Of a DNA stretch of 32,000 bases, positions 19,001-28,600 are shown piece after piece. Positions within the stretch are counted from its first letter, which is position 1; every line of letters starts with the position of its first letter. The DNA comes from Candidatus Saccharimonadota bacterium (GTDB lineage: Bacteria; Bacteroidota; Bacteroidia; Flavobacteriales; Blattabacteriaceae), in contig CP099822.1 in NCBI GenBank assembly GCA_029851105.1, forward strand, positions 120,001 to 152,000, given 5' to 3'. The notes under the pieces are model-generated. The model was not told the origin of the DNA, made no database searches, and saw nothing but the letters and a program-made list of their open reading frames with translations. Both the position numbers and the translations under genes were made by a program.

Positions 19001-20319
19001 TAAATACTATTAAAAAAAAATTTTTTGAACAATCAATTAAAAATGGATATAATATTAATAGTTTAAATAAAATTTGGTTAGATTGGGAAAATTTTGCTTC
19101 ATATGCTTTTAATAAATCACATGCTACTTGTTATACATATATAGCTTTTCAAACAGCTTTTTTAAAAGCTAATTATACATTAGAATATATGACTACTTTA
19201 TTAAGTAATAATTTAAATAATAAAAATACATTAAAATCATTATTATTAGAAATTAATAAATTAAAAATAAATATTTTACCTCCTAATATTAATAAAAATA
19301 AAAGTCATTTTACTATAGAAAATAAAGGTATAAGATTTTGTATAAATGCTATAAAAGGTATAGGTAAAGCTTGTATTAATAATATAAATAAAAATAAAAA
19401 TTATTTTTTATCTTTTTTAGATTTTATTTTAAAAATAAATTTAAGAATAATTAATAAAAGAGTTTTAGAAATATTAATATTTTCAGGTACTTTAGATGGG
19501 TTAGGTATAAAAAGATATTATTATATTAAAAATATAAATTCTATTATAAAAAAAATATTAAAATATAAAAATAAAAAAAAATATATATTAAATAATAATA
19601 ATCTTAAAATTAAAGATTATTTTAAAGAAAAATTTAAATTAAAAATTAAAAGAAAAAAAAAATTTGATACTTTTAAAAAAATAGATTTATATATTAATTA
19701 TATAAACAAAAGAAATGAAATATTGGGATTTAATTTTAAATTAAAAAAACATATTTTATATTTTTATAAATTTGAAATTCAATTTTTTAAAACTAAAACA
19801 TTAAAATTTATTTTTAGTTCAAAAATAAAAAGAAAAATATTATTTTTAATATGTTTAGTTAAAAATATTTTATATAAAAATAATTTATTTTATTGGATTA
19901 TTTTAGAAGACCATAAATATAATATTAAAAAAATAAAAATTAAAAAAAAAAATATTTTAAAAAAAAAAATAAAAATAAATTCTATATTATTTATTAAATT
20001 ATATATAAATTATTATAAAAAAATATATATTTTATTTTTTAAAAAAATTAGAAATATTTATAATAAATATGAAATAATAGTAATAAAAATGTATAAAAAT
20101 ATTTTATATAATTTATATAAAAAAATTATTAAAAAAATAATTATTAAAATAAATAGTAAAAGAATATATACAGGGGAAAAAAAAATATATATTATATTAT
20201 ATAATAATAATATAGATAAAAAAAAAATATTAATAAAAAAAATAATTAATATAAATATTAATAGAGAAATGTTAACTTTTTTAAAAAAAATACCTAAAAT
20301 AAAATTATTATTAATATAA
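16093..20319 (+). CDS. dnaE: DNA polymerase III alpha subunit with an N-terminal DnaQ-like 3'-5' exonuclease domain; start problematic (T11 tract)
   Basis: The frame is open from 16093. Exo I FFFDTETTGL lies at 16102-16131, Exo II GHNIDFD begins at 16390, and Exo III HNSFYD is at 16597-16614. PHP and Pol III alpha motifs follow: GITDNNMMAS, GPGRGSVAGSIIAYCIDIT, PDIDIDL, HACGIIIS, LLKIDLLSL, ALYRPGP, IYQEQV, FNKSHATCY. The TTG at 16201 used by the ORF track would delete Exo I. Confidence 0.85.
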   Translation: MYVFFFDTETTGLPKNNKFIYKDIINWPRLIQISWQLYDNNGKLIKLNNYFIKPDNFKINKKSFLIHGINKKLLKKRGKNIKYVLNKFYKYLKLSTYIIGHNIDFDINIINGEFFRLKKNINKIFLKKKKIDTQKALLNNNKFNITKWLNLKQTFYFLYKKNVEKELFHNSFYDVYIIVLCFIKLLYYKIINIKYKVNIFFFLKNVPSLKDKKLEKDFFLKKKKKNYYFNIHNNTNYTTINNSNKNISIINIDKLIDKAIKYKMLAIGITDNNMMASYYFLTKIYSVNNNFKKNIIKGILGYNFYLKDNKDNFFCHTLIAKNKKGYYNLIKICSYSYINNNKNLVFIDKKKIIKYKEGLIFLTGNLNSEISYNIINNNIKKSIEILLFWKKIFKDDIYIEIFRDGFKKEKIVNKYLLRFSKLFNIPFINQSNNFYLSKKEYIIHDIFLCIKNKEKKRTPIISEFNNYKLIKKGYRYGLPNNNFYFKNFLEIKNNFNDIKKGFKNLKKIYKKIENIIIKPKNLFPIFKLSNKKKKKIFKNKKYDDKKLNKNYLKYLIYKGAKKKYKKLNNKIKKRIKKEFKVIINKNFENYFLIVYDIINNAKKKGIYIGPGRGSVAGSIIAYCIDITKIDPLKYNLIFERFLNEERFKMPDIDIDLDNKNKNKLIDYIIKKYTLLKVCNIITFGKIGTKSSIRDVSRIFNLPLEKVNFLSKLIVKKLNLTEILHEDINLLKKKTSYRNINNILRIRSIYNNKKYLESKILFYAKYLEGLIRNTGIHACGIIISNEKIINNIPVMLNKNKNYFLSQYDTYSIEKIGLLKIDLLSLKTLNVIKNTIKIIKKNKKKINFSLKDKKTFDLFKKGNTLGIFQYDSKGMIKTLKLLKPNNLNDLIALNALYRPGPIKYIPNFIARKNGKEKVVYDIPIMKKYLKETYGITIYQEQVIFIARKLSGISKSEADILREAIGKKKIYVLNTIKKKFFEQSIKNGYNINSLNKIWLDWENFASYAFNKSHATCYTYIAFQTAFLKANYTLEYMTTLLSNNLNNKNTLKSLLLEINKLKINILPPNINKNKSHFTIENKGIRFCINAIKGIGKACINNINKNKNYFLSFLDFILKINLRIINKRVLEILIFSGTLDGLGIKRYYYIKNINSIIKKILKYKNKKKYILNNNNLKIKDYFKEKFKLKIKRKKKFDTFKKIDLYINYINKRNEILGFNFKLKKHILYFYKFEIQFFKTKTLKFIFSSKIKRKILFLICLVKNILYKNNLFYWIILEDHKYNIKKIKIKKKNILKKKIKINSILFIKLYINYYKKIYILFFKKIRNIYNKYEIIVIKMYKNILYNLYKKIIKKIIIKINSKRIYTGEKKIYIILYNNNIDKKKILIKKIINININREMLTFLKKIPKIKLLLI

Positions 20320-20332
20320 ATTAATAATTTAA

Positions 20333-21268
20333 TTAAATTAAATTATATAAATTTTTTTTTAATTTTTTAAAAAATAAATTATCATTAATTTTTTTTATTA
20401 TTTTTATTTTTTTATTATTATTTTTTTTTTTATAAAATATACCAAATGGAATAGGTAATTTTTTTTTAATTTTTTTAAAATTTGATAAAATATAAGCTTT
20501 ATAAATATTATTTTCTTCATGTATCCATAAATCATTAATAGAATAATTTTTTAAATTTACAATTTTAGGAATATTACCATCCAATATAATACCTTTTTTT
20601 TTTTTATTAAAAATTAATGGTTTTTTATTTTTTAAAATTATATATTTATTAGTATTTTTTATATTTATTTTTTTTAAAAAATTTTTATTAAAAATAGGAC
20701 AATTTTGATAAATTTCTATACAAGATGTACCAATATGATTATTAGCTTTTTTTAAAATTTTTTTTAAATGATTTATATTATTATCTATACTTCTAGCTAT
20801 AAAAGTACTACCTGCGCTTAAAATTAAAGATATAGTATTAAAATTTTTTTTTTTATTTTTATTAGTAAATGATTTTTGACCTTTTGTTAATCCATATACT
20901 TCATTATTAAATATTAATATATTTATTTTTATATCTCTTCTAATAGTATGTAATAAATTATTAATACCAATAGAAAAACTATCACCATCACCTGTTATTA
21001 CCCAAACATTTAATTTAGGATTAGAAATTTTAATTCCAGTAGCTATAGAAAAAGCTCTACCATGTATACTATGTATACCAAAAACATTTAAATAATATGG
21101 TAGTCTAGATGAACAACCAATACCTGATACTAATACTATTTTATTTTTTTTAATTTTTAAATTATTTAATACTTTACTTAATTGCATTATTATAGAATAA
21201 TTTCCACATCCTATACACCATTTTATTTTTTTATAATTTATTATTATTTTTTTTTTATTTAAATTCAT
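20333..21268 (-). CDS. korB: 2-oxoacid:ferredoxin oxidoreductase beta subunit (TPP-binding)
   Basis: 311-aa ORF with WCIGCGNYSI, VSGIGCSSRLPYY...HSIHGRAFSIATG and VITGDGDSFSIGINNLLH...NNEVYGLTKGQ, typical KorB/OorB. No alpha-subunit gene is adjacent. Confidence 0.75.
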   Translation of the reverse strand: MNLNKKKIIINYKKIKWCIGCGNYSIIMQLSKVLNNLKIKKNKIVLVSGIGCSSRLPYYLNVFGIHSIHGRAFSIATGIKISNPKLNVWVITGDGDSFSIGINNLLHTIRRDIKINILIFNNEVYGLTKGQKSFTNKNKKKNFNTISLILSAGSTFIARSIDNNINHLKKILKKANNHIGTSCIEIYQNCPIFNKNFLKKINIKNTNKYIILKNKKPLIFNKKKKGIILDGNIPKIVNLKNYSINDLWIHEENNIYKAYILSNFKKIKKKLPIPFGIFYKKKNNNKKIKIIKKINDNLFFKKLKKNLYNLI

Positions 21269-21328
21269 TTTATTATTAATAATAATTATTAAATTAATAA
21301 TAAAATTTTTATATTATAAAAATAAAAA

Positions 21329-23945
21329 ATGAATTTTTTAATTAAAAAAGTAATTAATTTTTATTTTAAAAAATATGATAAATATATTAAAAAAAAAGTA
21401 ATATTTGTTTTACCTAATAAATATTATAAAAATTTAATTATTAATATTTATAAAAAATATAAAAAAAAAAAAAAAATACCTAATATTTTTATTACTCAAA
21501 AAAAATTTATAAAAAAAATAACTAATTTAAAAATTGTAAATAATTTTAAATTATTTAAAATTTTTTTTTCTATTATAAAAAATAATAAAAATATATATAA
21601 CATTTCTTTATTTAAAATAATTAAATGGATTTTTATTTTATTAAAAGATTTTAATTATATAGATAATGAATTAATAAATATTAAAAATTTTTTTAAATAT
21701 AATATATCTTTAAATAAAATTTTAAAATGGGATTTTTTGGGAATATATATATATATGTTATAAAAAATTTATAAAAAAAATTTTAAAAAAAAATATTGCT
21801 TATTTAGGATTAGCTAAAAAAATTTTTTTAAAAAAAATAGAAAAATATAAAAAAAAAAATAAAAAATTTTTTTTTATAGGTTATGATTTTTTTTATAATT
21901 CAGATATAGAAATAATAAATAAAATATATTTATTAAAAATAGGATATTTTTTTTTTGATCTAGATAATTTTTTTTTATATGATAAATATAATGAAATTAA
22001 AATTTTTTTAAATAAAATTAAAATTTTTAAACAAAAAAAAATAAATTGGATATATAATAATTATAAAAAAAAAAAAAATATTTTTTTATATAAATGTTTA
22101 AATAATATTGAAAAATATAAAATTATTGGTAATATTTTAAAAAATAATTTTTTTAAAAAAAAAATTTTTAAAAAAAAAAGTATAGGTATTATTATACCTA
22201 ATAATAATATTTATTCTAAATTAATATTTAATTCTTTTAAATTAAATTTTAATAAAATTAATATGTTTTTTACAATTAAAAATAAAAATTTTAAATTTAA
22301 TGATTTTTTTTTATGTTTATTTAATTTAAATATAAAAAAAAAAAAATTTAAAAATAATTATTTTTTTAAAAAAAAATATATTTTAAATTTATTTAATAAT
22401 AAAATTATATATTTTTTTTTTAAAAAAAAAAAAATAAATATAATAAAAAAAATTATTAATAATAATAAATATATATTTATATATAAACTTAATATAAAAA
22501 AAAATATTTTATATAAAATTATTATTAATAATAATATTAATTTTTTTTTAAAAAAAATTAAAAAAATTTTTAATTTTTTAATTAAAAAATTTAAAAAAAA
22601 AAAAAAAATTGATTTTTTTTTTTTACTAAAATTAAAAAATTATATATTTTTTTTTTTTAAAAAAAAAAAAAAATTTAAAATAAATATAAAAATTTTTTAT
22701 AAAATATATATATTTTTTTAAAAAAAAAAAAAAATTTTAATTAAAAATAATACTAATTCTAGATTAGAAATTTTAAATTTAAATAAAACTAATTTAAAAA
22801 ATTATTATAATTTAATTTTTATTTTTAATAAAAAAAAATATTTTAATAAAAATACTTATATTAATAATGATGTAAAAAAAAAATTTAATTTAAAAAATAA
22901 AAAAAAAATTATATACTTATATTATATAAATAAATTATTACAAAGATCAAAAAATATTTTTTTAATATATAAAAAAAAAAGTAAATGTTTATTAAATAAT
23001 AAAATAATTTTAAATTTAAAAAATAAAAATAATATTTTTTATATAAAAAATAAAAAAAAAAATTTTAATTATATAAATAATATAAAATTAAAAATATATA
23101 AAAAAAATATTTTAAATTTTAAAAAAAAAATAAATATTTTTAAAAAGTCTGGAGTTTCTTTTTCTTTTTTAAGAAGTTATATTTTTAATCCTATAAATTT
23201 TTATTTTAAATATATTTTAAATTTTAATATAGAAAAAAAAAATTTAAAAATAATAAATGGTATAATAATACATAAAGTATTATATTTACTATATAAAAAA
23301 TATATTAATAAATATTTAAATATTAAAATAATAAATAAAATTAAAAATAATATTAATAAAAAATTAAAAAAAATTTTTTTTATTTTTTATAAAAAAATAG
23401 ATTTTAAAATTAATAAAAAATATTTATTTAAATATAATATATTAAAAAAATATATTAATAATTTTATTTCTTGCGATAAAAAATTATTATTAAAAGGTAA
23501 TAATATTAAAATTATTTTTTTAGAAAAAAAATATAAAAAAAAAATAAAATATAAAAAAAAAAAAATAATAATAAAAGGTAAAATAGATAGAATAGATTTT
23601 TTTAATAAAAAATATAAAATAATAGATTATAAAACAAGTATTAAAAATAATAATATTTTAAATTATAAAAATAATATAAATATTATATTTAAAAAAAAAA
23701 AATATATAAATATAATACAATTATTAATATATATTTTAATTTTTTTTAAAAAAAAAATGAAATATATATATACATGTTTATATTTACCTTATAAAAAAAT
23801 AAATATAAAATATTTAAAAATAAATAATAATAATAAAATAAATTATAAAATAATTAAAAAATTTAAAAAAAATTTATTTAAAAAAATATTAGAAATATTA
23901 AGTAATAATAATAAAAAAAAATTATTAGGTAATTTATATTTTTAA
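21329..23945 (+). pseudogene. PD-(D/E)XK (RecB/AddB-like) nuclease family gene of about 870 codons, disrupted by one frameshift and one in-frame TAA
   Basis: The three ORF-track fragments (21329-21763, 22263-22721, 23757-23945) are pieces of one reading frame. My hand translation shows coordinate phase 0 open from 21726 to 23945 except for the TAA at 22719-22721. The first 145 codons are in phase 2. The C-terminal nuclease motifs GKIDRIDFFNKKYKIIDYKTS (23577-23639) and QLLIY are intact. Confidence 0.6.
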
Positions 23946-24935
23946 TCCTATAATTTTTTTTATATTTAAAATTTTTTTTTTAACATTTTTTTTAATTATT
24001 TTATAATTTTTATATAAAAAATTATTAATAATTTTTTTATTATTTAAATAAAAAATATATTTTTTTCTTTCTTTAGAATAAAAATTTAATATAAAATTAT
24101 ATAAATTTTTTTTTATATTATAAAATCCTATTTTTTTATTTTTTATTTTTTGTTTTAAATTAATAAATTCTTCTTTTTTAAATAAAGTAATTATTTTATA
24201 TATTTTATATAAAATAGTTTTTTTAATTTCTTTATATGTTATTAATTTTAAAGGTTTATTAATTGTTTTTATATTCATTATTTGTTTTTCTAAAATATAT
24301 TTATTATCTAAAATATTAATAATATTATTTTTAGATTTACTCATTTTTTTACCATCTATACCAATAATAATTTTTTTTAAAAAAATTTTTTCTTTAGGTA
24401 AAGAAAAAATTTTTTTTTTAAATTTTAAATTTAAAATATTAGCTATTTTTCTAGTTATTTCTATATGTTGTTTTTGATCCTTACCTATTATTACTTTATT
24501 TATATTAAATAATAATATATCAGAAGCCATTAATATTGGATAATTAATTAATCCTAAATTTAAATTATTAATTTTTTTTTTTTTTAAAAAATGAAATAAT
24601 TTTACTCTATTAATAGGATAAAAACAACTTAAAATCCAAAATAATTCATTTATTTCTTTTATATCTGATTGTCTATAAAAAAAAATATTTTTATATTTTT
24701 TAATATTTAAAAATGATAACCATGTAGAAGCTATTTTATAAATATTTTTTTTAAAAATTAATTTATTGTTATAATTAATTATTGAATGTAAATCAGCTAA
24801 AAAAATAAAAAATTTTTTTTTTTTATTTATATTATTTTTAATATATAATATAGTAGGTATAATAACACTATATATATTACCTATATGAGGATTACCAGTA
24901 CTTTTAATACCTACCATATATTTATTATTAATCAT
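23934..24935 (-). CDS. trpS: Tryptophanyl-tRNA synthetase
   Basis: 333-aa class I synthetase of TrpRS size, with a HIGH-like motif (GNPHIGN) and KMSKS (GKKMSKSKNN), plus GKDQKQHIEITR. Confidence 0.85.
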   Translation of the reverse strand: MINNKYMVGIKSTGNPHIGNIYSVIIPTILYIKNNINKKKKFFIFLADLHSIINYNNKLIFKKNIYKIASTWLSFLNIKKYKNIFFYRQSDIKEINELFWILSCFYPINRVKLFHFLKKKKINNLNLGLINYPILMASDILLFNINKVIIGKDQKQHIEITRKIANILNLKFKKKIFSLPKEKIFLKKIIIGIDGKKMSKSKNNIINILDNKYILEKQIMNIKTINKPLKLITYKEIKKTILYKIYKIITLFKKEEFINLKQKIKNKKIGFYNIKKNLYNFILNFYSKERKKYIFYLNNKKIINNFLYKNYKIIKKNVKKKILNIKKIIGLKI

Positions 24936-24940
24936 TAATT

Positions 24941-25192
24941 TTATTTAGGTATTATACTAACATAAGTTTTCTTTTTTTTTTTATAATATTTAATAATACC
25001 ATATATTTTTGAATGTATAGTAAAATCTTTACTAATATAAGTATTTAATCCAGAATAATATTTATTACCTCTTTGTTTAAGAATTATATTACCAGGTTTT
25101 ACATACATACCACCAAATTTTTTAATTCCTAGTCTTTTACCTTTAGAATCTCTACCATTTTTAGTACTACCTACCCCTTTTTTATGTGCCAT
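24941..25192 (-). CDS. rpmA: 50S ribosomal protein L27
   Basis: 83-aa ORF MAHKKGVGSTKNGRDSKGKRLGIKKFGG. Confidence 0.93.
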   Translation of the reverse strand: MAHKKGVGSTKNGRDSKGKRLGIKKFGGMYVKPGNIILKQRGNKYYSGLNTYISKDFTIHSKIYGIIKYYKKKKKTYVSIIPK

Positions 25193-25522
25193 TTATTTTT
25201 TTTTTATATTTATTATTTTTAATTTAGTTAATTTTTGTCTATATCCTATTTTTTTTTTATATCCTTTTCTTTTTTTTTTTTTAAAAATTATAATTTTTTT
25301 ATTTTTAATATTTTTTATTATTTTAGCTTTTATTAAATAATTTTTAATTATTGGATTACCAATTATAATATTTTTATTATTATCTATTAATAATAAAATA
25401 TTTTTTTTAAAAAAAATAGTTTTATTTTTTTTATTTTTTTTTATTTTTAATTTATTTAAATAAATAAATTTATTAGGATAAACTAAATATTGATGTTTAC
25501 CAAATTTTATAATTGCTTTCAT
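25193..25522 (-). CDS. rplU: 50S ribosomal protein L21
   Basis: 109-aa ORF MKAIIKFGKHQYLV... directly abutting rpmA: its stop codon is immediately followed by the rpmA ATG, with no spacer. Confidence 0.85.
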   Translation of the reverse strand: MKAIIKFGKHQYLVYPNKFIYLNKLKIKKNKKNKTIFFKKNILLLIDNNKNIIIGNPIIKNYLIKAKIIKNIKNKKIIIFKKKKRKGYKKKIGYRQKLTKLKIINIKKK

Positions 25523-25540
25523 TTTTTTTTAAAAAAAAAA

Positions 25541-26986
25541 TTAAAATATTTTTTTAAAAAAAAATGTTATATCTAATTTTTTTTTAAAAAATTTTTTTAA
25601 TTTTTTTATATTATATCTTTTTTGATTCATTTTATCTCTAAATCTTATAGTTACAGTATTATCTATAATAGTTTTTTTATCTATTGTAATACAAAAAGGA
25701 GTACCTATAGAATCTTGTTTTTTATATCTTTTACCAATAGAATAATTTTCATCATAAATTACTGAATATTTAAATTTTAAATAATTAAATATTTTTTTAG
25801 ATATATTTATTATTTTATTATTGTTTTTAACAATAGGTAATATTGCTATTTTAAAAGGAGAAATAAAAAAAGGTAATTTTAAATAAGTTCTTTTTTTATT
25901 ATTTATTATTTCATTTTTAAATGAAGAACAAAAAATAGAATAAAAAATTCTATCTAATCCTAATGAAGTTTCTATTACATAAGGTATATATTTTTTTTTT
26001 TTTTTATTATCATAAAAATAAAAATTTTTTTTAGAAAAAATAGAATGTTTTTTTAAATCATAATTTTTTCTAAAATGTATACCTTCTAATTCTTTAAAAG
26101 AATTAATAAATTTAAATTCTATATCAGTAGCAAATTTAGAATAATGAGATAATTTTTTATGTTTTTTTAATTTATATTTTTTTTTACCTAAATTTAAAAA
26201 TAAATGCCATTTTAATCTAGTATTTATCCAATATTTATACCATTTTTTTTCTTCTCCAGGATATATAAAAAATTGCATTTCCATTTGTTCAAATTCTTTA
26301 GTTCTAAATATAAATTGTTTTGATATTATTTCATTTCTAAATGATTTACCTATTTGAGCTATACCAAATGGTATTTTTAAATTATTAGAATTTTTAACAT
26401 TTTTTATATTTATAAATATACCTTGAGCAGTTTCAGGTCTTAAAAAAATATATTTATCTTTTTCATTTTTTTTTTTTAATAAATTTAATTTAGTTTTAAA
26501 CATTAAATTAAAATTATTTATATTATCCCATATTATTTTTTTTTTTAATTTTAATTTAAAAATAATTTTTTTTAAAAAAATATTTAATTTATTAATTTTA
26601 TTTTTATTTAAAAAATTATAAAAAATTTTAATTATTTTTTTTTTTTTTTTAAAAAAAAAAATTATTTTTTTAAATAAATCTTCAATAAAATATATTTTAT
26701 TATTTTTTTTATTTAAAATAAATAATTCATTAAAATTATTAATATGACCAGAAGCTAACCATACTTTATTATTCATTAATATAGAAGTATCTATTCCTAC
26801 TATATTAGTCCTATATTTTACCATATATTCCCACCAAAAATTTTTAATATTATTTTTCATTTCAATACCTTGTGGTCCATAATCATATATAGATTTTATA
26901 CCATTATAAATTTCACTTGATTTAAATATAAAACCATATATTTTAGCATGATTAATAATTAAATCTATTTTTTTTTTTTTAATCAT
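25541..26986 (-). CDS. glyQS: Glycyl-tRNA synthetase (single-chain/dimeric type)
   Basis: 481-aa ORF with YGFIFKSSEIYNGIKSIYDYGPQGIEMKNNIKNFWW, FLRPETAQGIF, FGIAQIGKSFRNEI, IETSLGLDRIF and a C-terminal anticodon-binding domain. Confidence 0.88.
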   Translation of the reverse strand: MIKKKKIDLIINHAKIYGFIFKSSEIYNGIKSIYDYGPQGIEMKNNIKNFWWEYMVKYRTNIVGIDTSILMNNKVWLASGHINNFNELFILNKKNNKIYFIEDLFKKIIFFFKKKKKIIKIFYNFLNKNKINKLNIFLKKIIFKLKLKKKIIWDNINNFNLMFKTKLNLLKKKNEKDKYIFLRPETAQGIFINIKNVKNSNNLKIPFGIAQIGKSFRNEIISKQFIFRTKEFEQMEMQFFIYPGEEKKWYKYWINTRLKWHLFLNLGKKKYKLKKHKKLSHYSKFATDIEFKFINSFKELEGIHFRKNYDLKKHSIFSKKNFYFYDNKKKKKYIPYVIETSLGLDRIFYSIFCSSFKNEIINNKKRTYLKLPFFISPFKIAILPIVKNNNKIINISKKIFNYLKFKYSVIYDENYSIGKRYKKQDSIGTPFCITIDKKTIIDNTVTIRFRDKMNQKRYNIKKLKKFFKKKLDITFFFKKIF

Positions 26987-27021
26987 TTTTTAAAATTTAA
27001 AAAATAAAAATTTAATAAAAA

Positions 27022-27094
<73 letters not shown>

Positions 27095-27155
27095 ATAAAA
27101 TATTAAAAAAAGTATATAATATATTATTATTAATATATATAATATAATTATTTTT

Positions 27156-27890
27156 TTAATTTAAAATAAAAAATTTAAAATTTTTAATATAAATATTTTT
27201 TTTAAAAAAATTAATATATTCATTATAATTTAATTTTATTCTTTTTAAAAAATTTAATTCTAATAATTTTTTTTTATTTAAAAAATATTTATTAATTTTT
27301 TTTTTTTTTAATTTTTTAACTAAAATATTAATAGCTATATTTTTAGTTATTAATTTTAATATTTTATTTTTTTTCTTATTTTTTTTAATTTTATTATTTT
27401 TTAATTTAAATCCTACTATTGATGATAATTTATAATTATAATGATTATAAATATTAACATAATTAGATTTTAATAAAAAAAAATTAGATATTACTATTTT
27501 TTCTTTAAACATTATATTTAAATCTAATAATTTATTATTTATAATTTTATTATTTAATAATTCTTTTTTATTTTTTATTTTTTTTTTAAATATTATATAT
27601 ATAATATTTTTAACAAATTTTTTAAATAAATTATTATTAATAACAAAATCAGATATTAAATTAATTTTTAATATTACCCCTATATTTTTTTTTTTATTTA
27701 TACTAGAATAAATAATACCATTATTATTAATAATTTTTTTATTATTATTAATTTTTAATTTTCTTAAATATTTAATAGATTTTTCTATATCTAAATTATT
27801 TTTTTCTAAAGCTTTTTTACATAAAGTAATACTAAAATTAGTTTTTTTTCTTAAATTAATAATTTTTTTAATTTCATATTTATTTATCAT
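27156..27890 (-). CDS. tsf: Elongation factor Ts
   Basis: 244-aa ORF with an N-terminal UBA-like segment IKKIINLRKKTNFSITLCKKALEKNNLDIEKSIKYLRK. It lies downstream of rpsB as usual. The remainder is highly diverged. Confidence 0.8.
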   Translation of the reverse strand: MINKYEIKKIINLRKKTNFSITLCKKALEKNNLDIEKSIKYLRKLKINNNKKIINNNGIIYSSINKKKNIGVILKINLISDFVINNNLFKKFVKNIIYIIFKKKIKNKKELLNNKIINNKLLDLNIMFKEKIVISNFFLLKSNYVNIYNHYNYKLSSIVGFKLKNNKIKKNKKKNKILKLITKNIAINILVKKLKKKKINKYFLNKKKLLELNFLKRIKLNYNEYINFFKKNIYIKNFKFFILN

Positions 27891-28596
27891 TTATTTTTTT
27901 TCTTTGTTTTATACCATTTTTTATAGATTTTATTAAACCTTTTAAAATATATTTAATAGATTTATAAGAATCATCATTAGCTGGTATTGGATAATCTATA
28001 TTTTCAGGAGAAGAATCAGTATCAGTTATACCTACTATATAAATAAATTTTTTTTTAGCTTCTTTAACTGCTATATATTCTTTTTTAACATCTATTATGA
28101 TTAAAAATAATGGTAATCTATTTAATTTAGTAATAGTACCAAATTTTTTATCAATTTTTTTATATTTTCTTTCTATTATTAATTTTTCTTTTTTTGATAA
28201 ATATTTATATATATATTTTTTTTTATTTTCAATTTTTTTTTTCTTTTTAATTGATAATTTAGTAACTTTCATATTAGTTAATAATCCAGCTGGCCATTTA
28301 TAATTTATAAAAGGCATATTAACTTTTTTAGCATATTTTTCTATAATTTTTTTATTTTGTTTTTTAGTACATACAAATAAAATTAATCCTCCTCTATATG
28401 AACATTCTTTTAATGCTAATTCTGCTCTTTTTTTATATTTAATAACTTTTAAAGGATTTAATATATCTATATTATTAGATTTTAATAAAATAAATTTAGA
28501 CATTTTAGGATTTCTATTAGATGATTTATGTCCTAATAAAATATTTGTTTTTATTAATTTTAATAAAATATTTTTATCAATATTTAAATTTAACAT
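27880..28596 (-). CDS. rpsB: 30S ribosomal protein S2
   Basis: Contains LLGHKSSNRNPKMSKFI, GGLILFVCTKKQ and VGITDTDSSPENIDYPIPANDDS. I place the start at the ATG at 28596 (MLNLNIDKN...), just after the rpsI stop. The ORF-track start at 28647 would overlap rpsI by 47 nt. Confidence 0.85.
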   Translation of the reverse strand: MLNLNIDKNILLKLIKTNILLGHKSSNRNPKMSKFILLKSNNIDILNPLKVIKYKKRAELALKECSYRGGLILFVCTKKQNKKIIEKYAKKVNMPFINYKWPAGLLTNMKVTKLSIKKKKKIENKKKYIYKYLSKKEKLIIERKYKKIDKKFGTITKLNRLPLFLIIIDVKKEYIAVKEAKKKFIYIVGITDTDSSPENIDYPIPANDDSYKSIKYILKGLIKSIKNGIKQRKKINDK

Positions 28597-28600
28597 ATAA

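Noticed and set aside
21329-23945. Three separate small, Lys-rich hypothetical proteins (144, 152 and 62 aa) as possible novel genes
   Set aside because: Hand translation shows they are consecutive fragments of one large PD-(D/E)XK nuclease reading frame, broken by a frameshift and one stop. They are not independent genes.
28097-28303. 68-aa ORF on the + strand
   Set aside because: It lies entirely antisense to the well-supported rpsB. The sequence is low-complexity and hydrophobic, the mirror image of a Lys-rich frame. There is no recognisable motif, so it is a spurious ORF.
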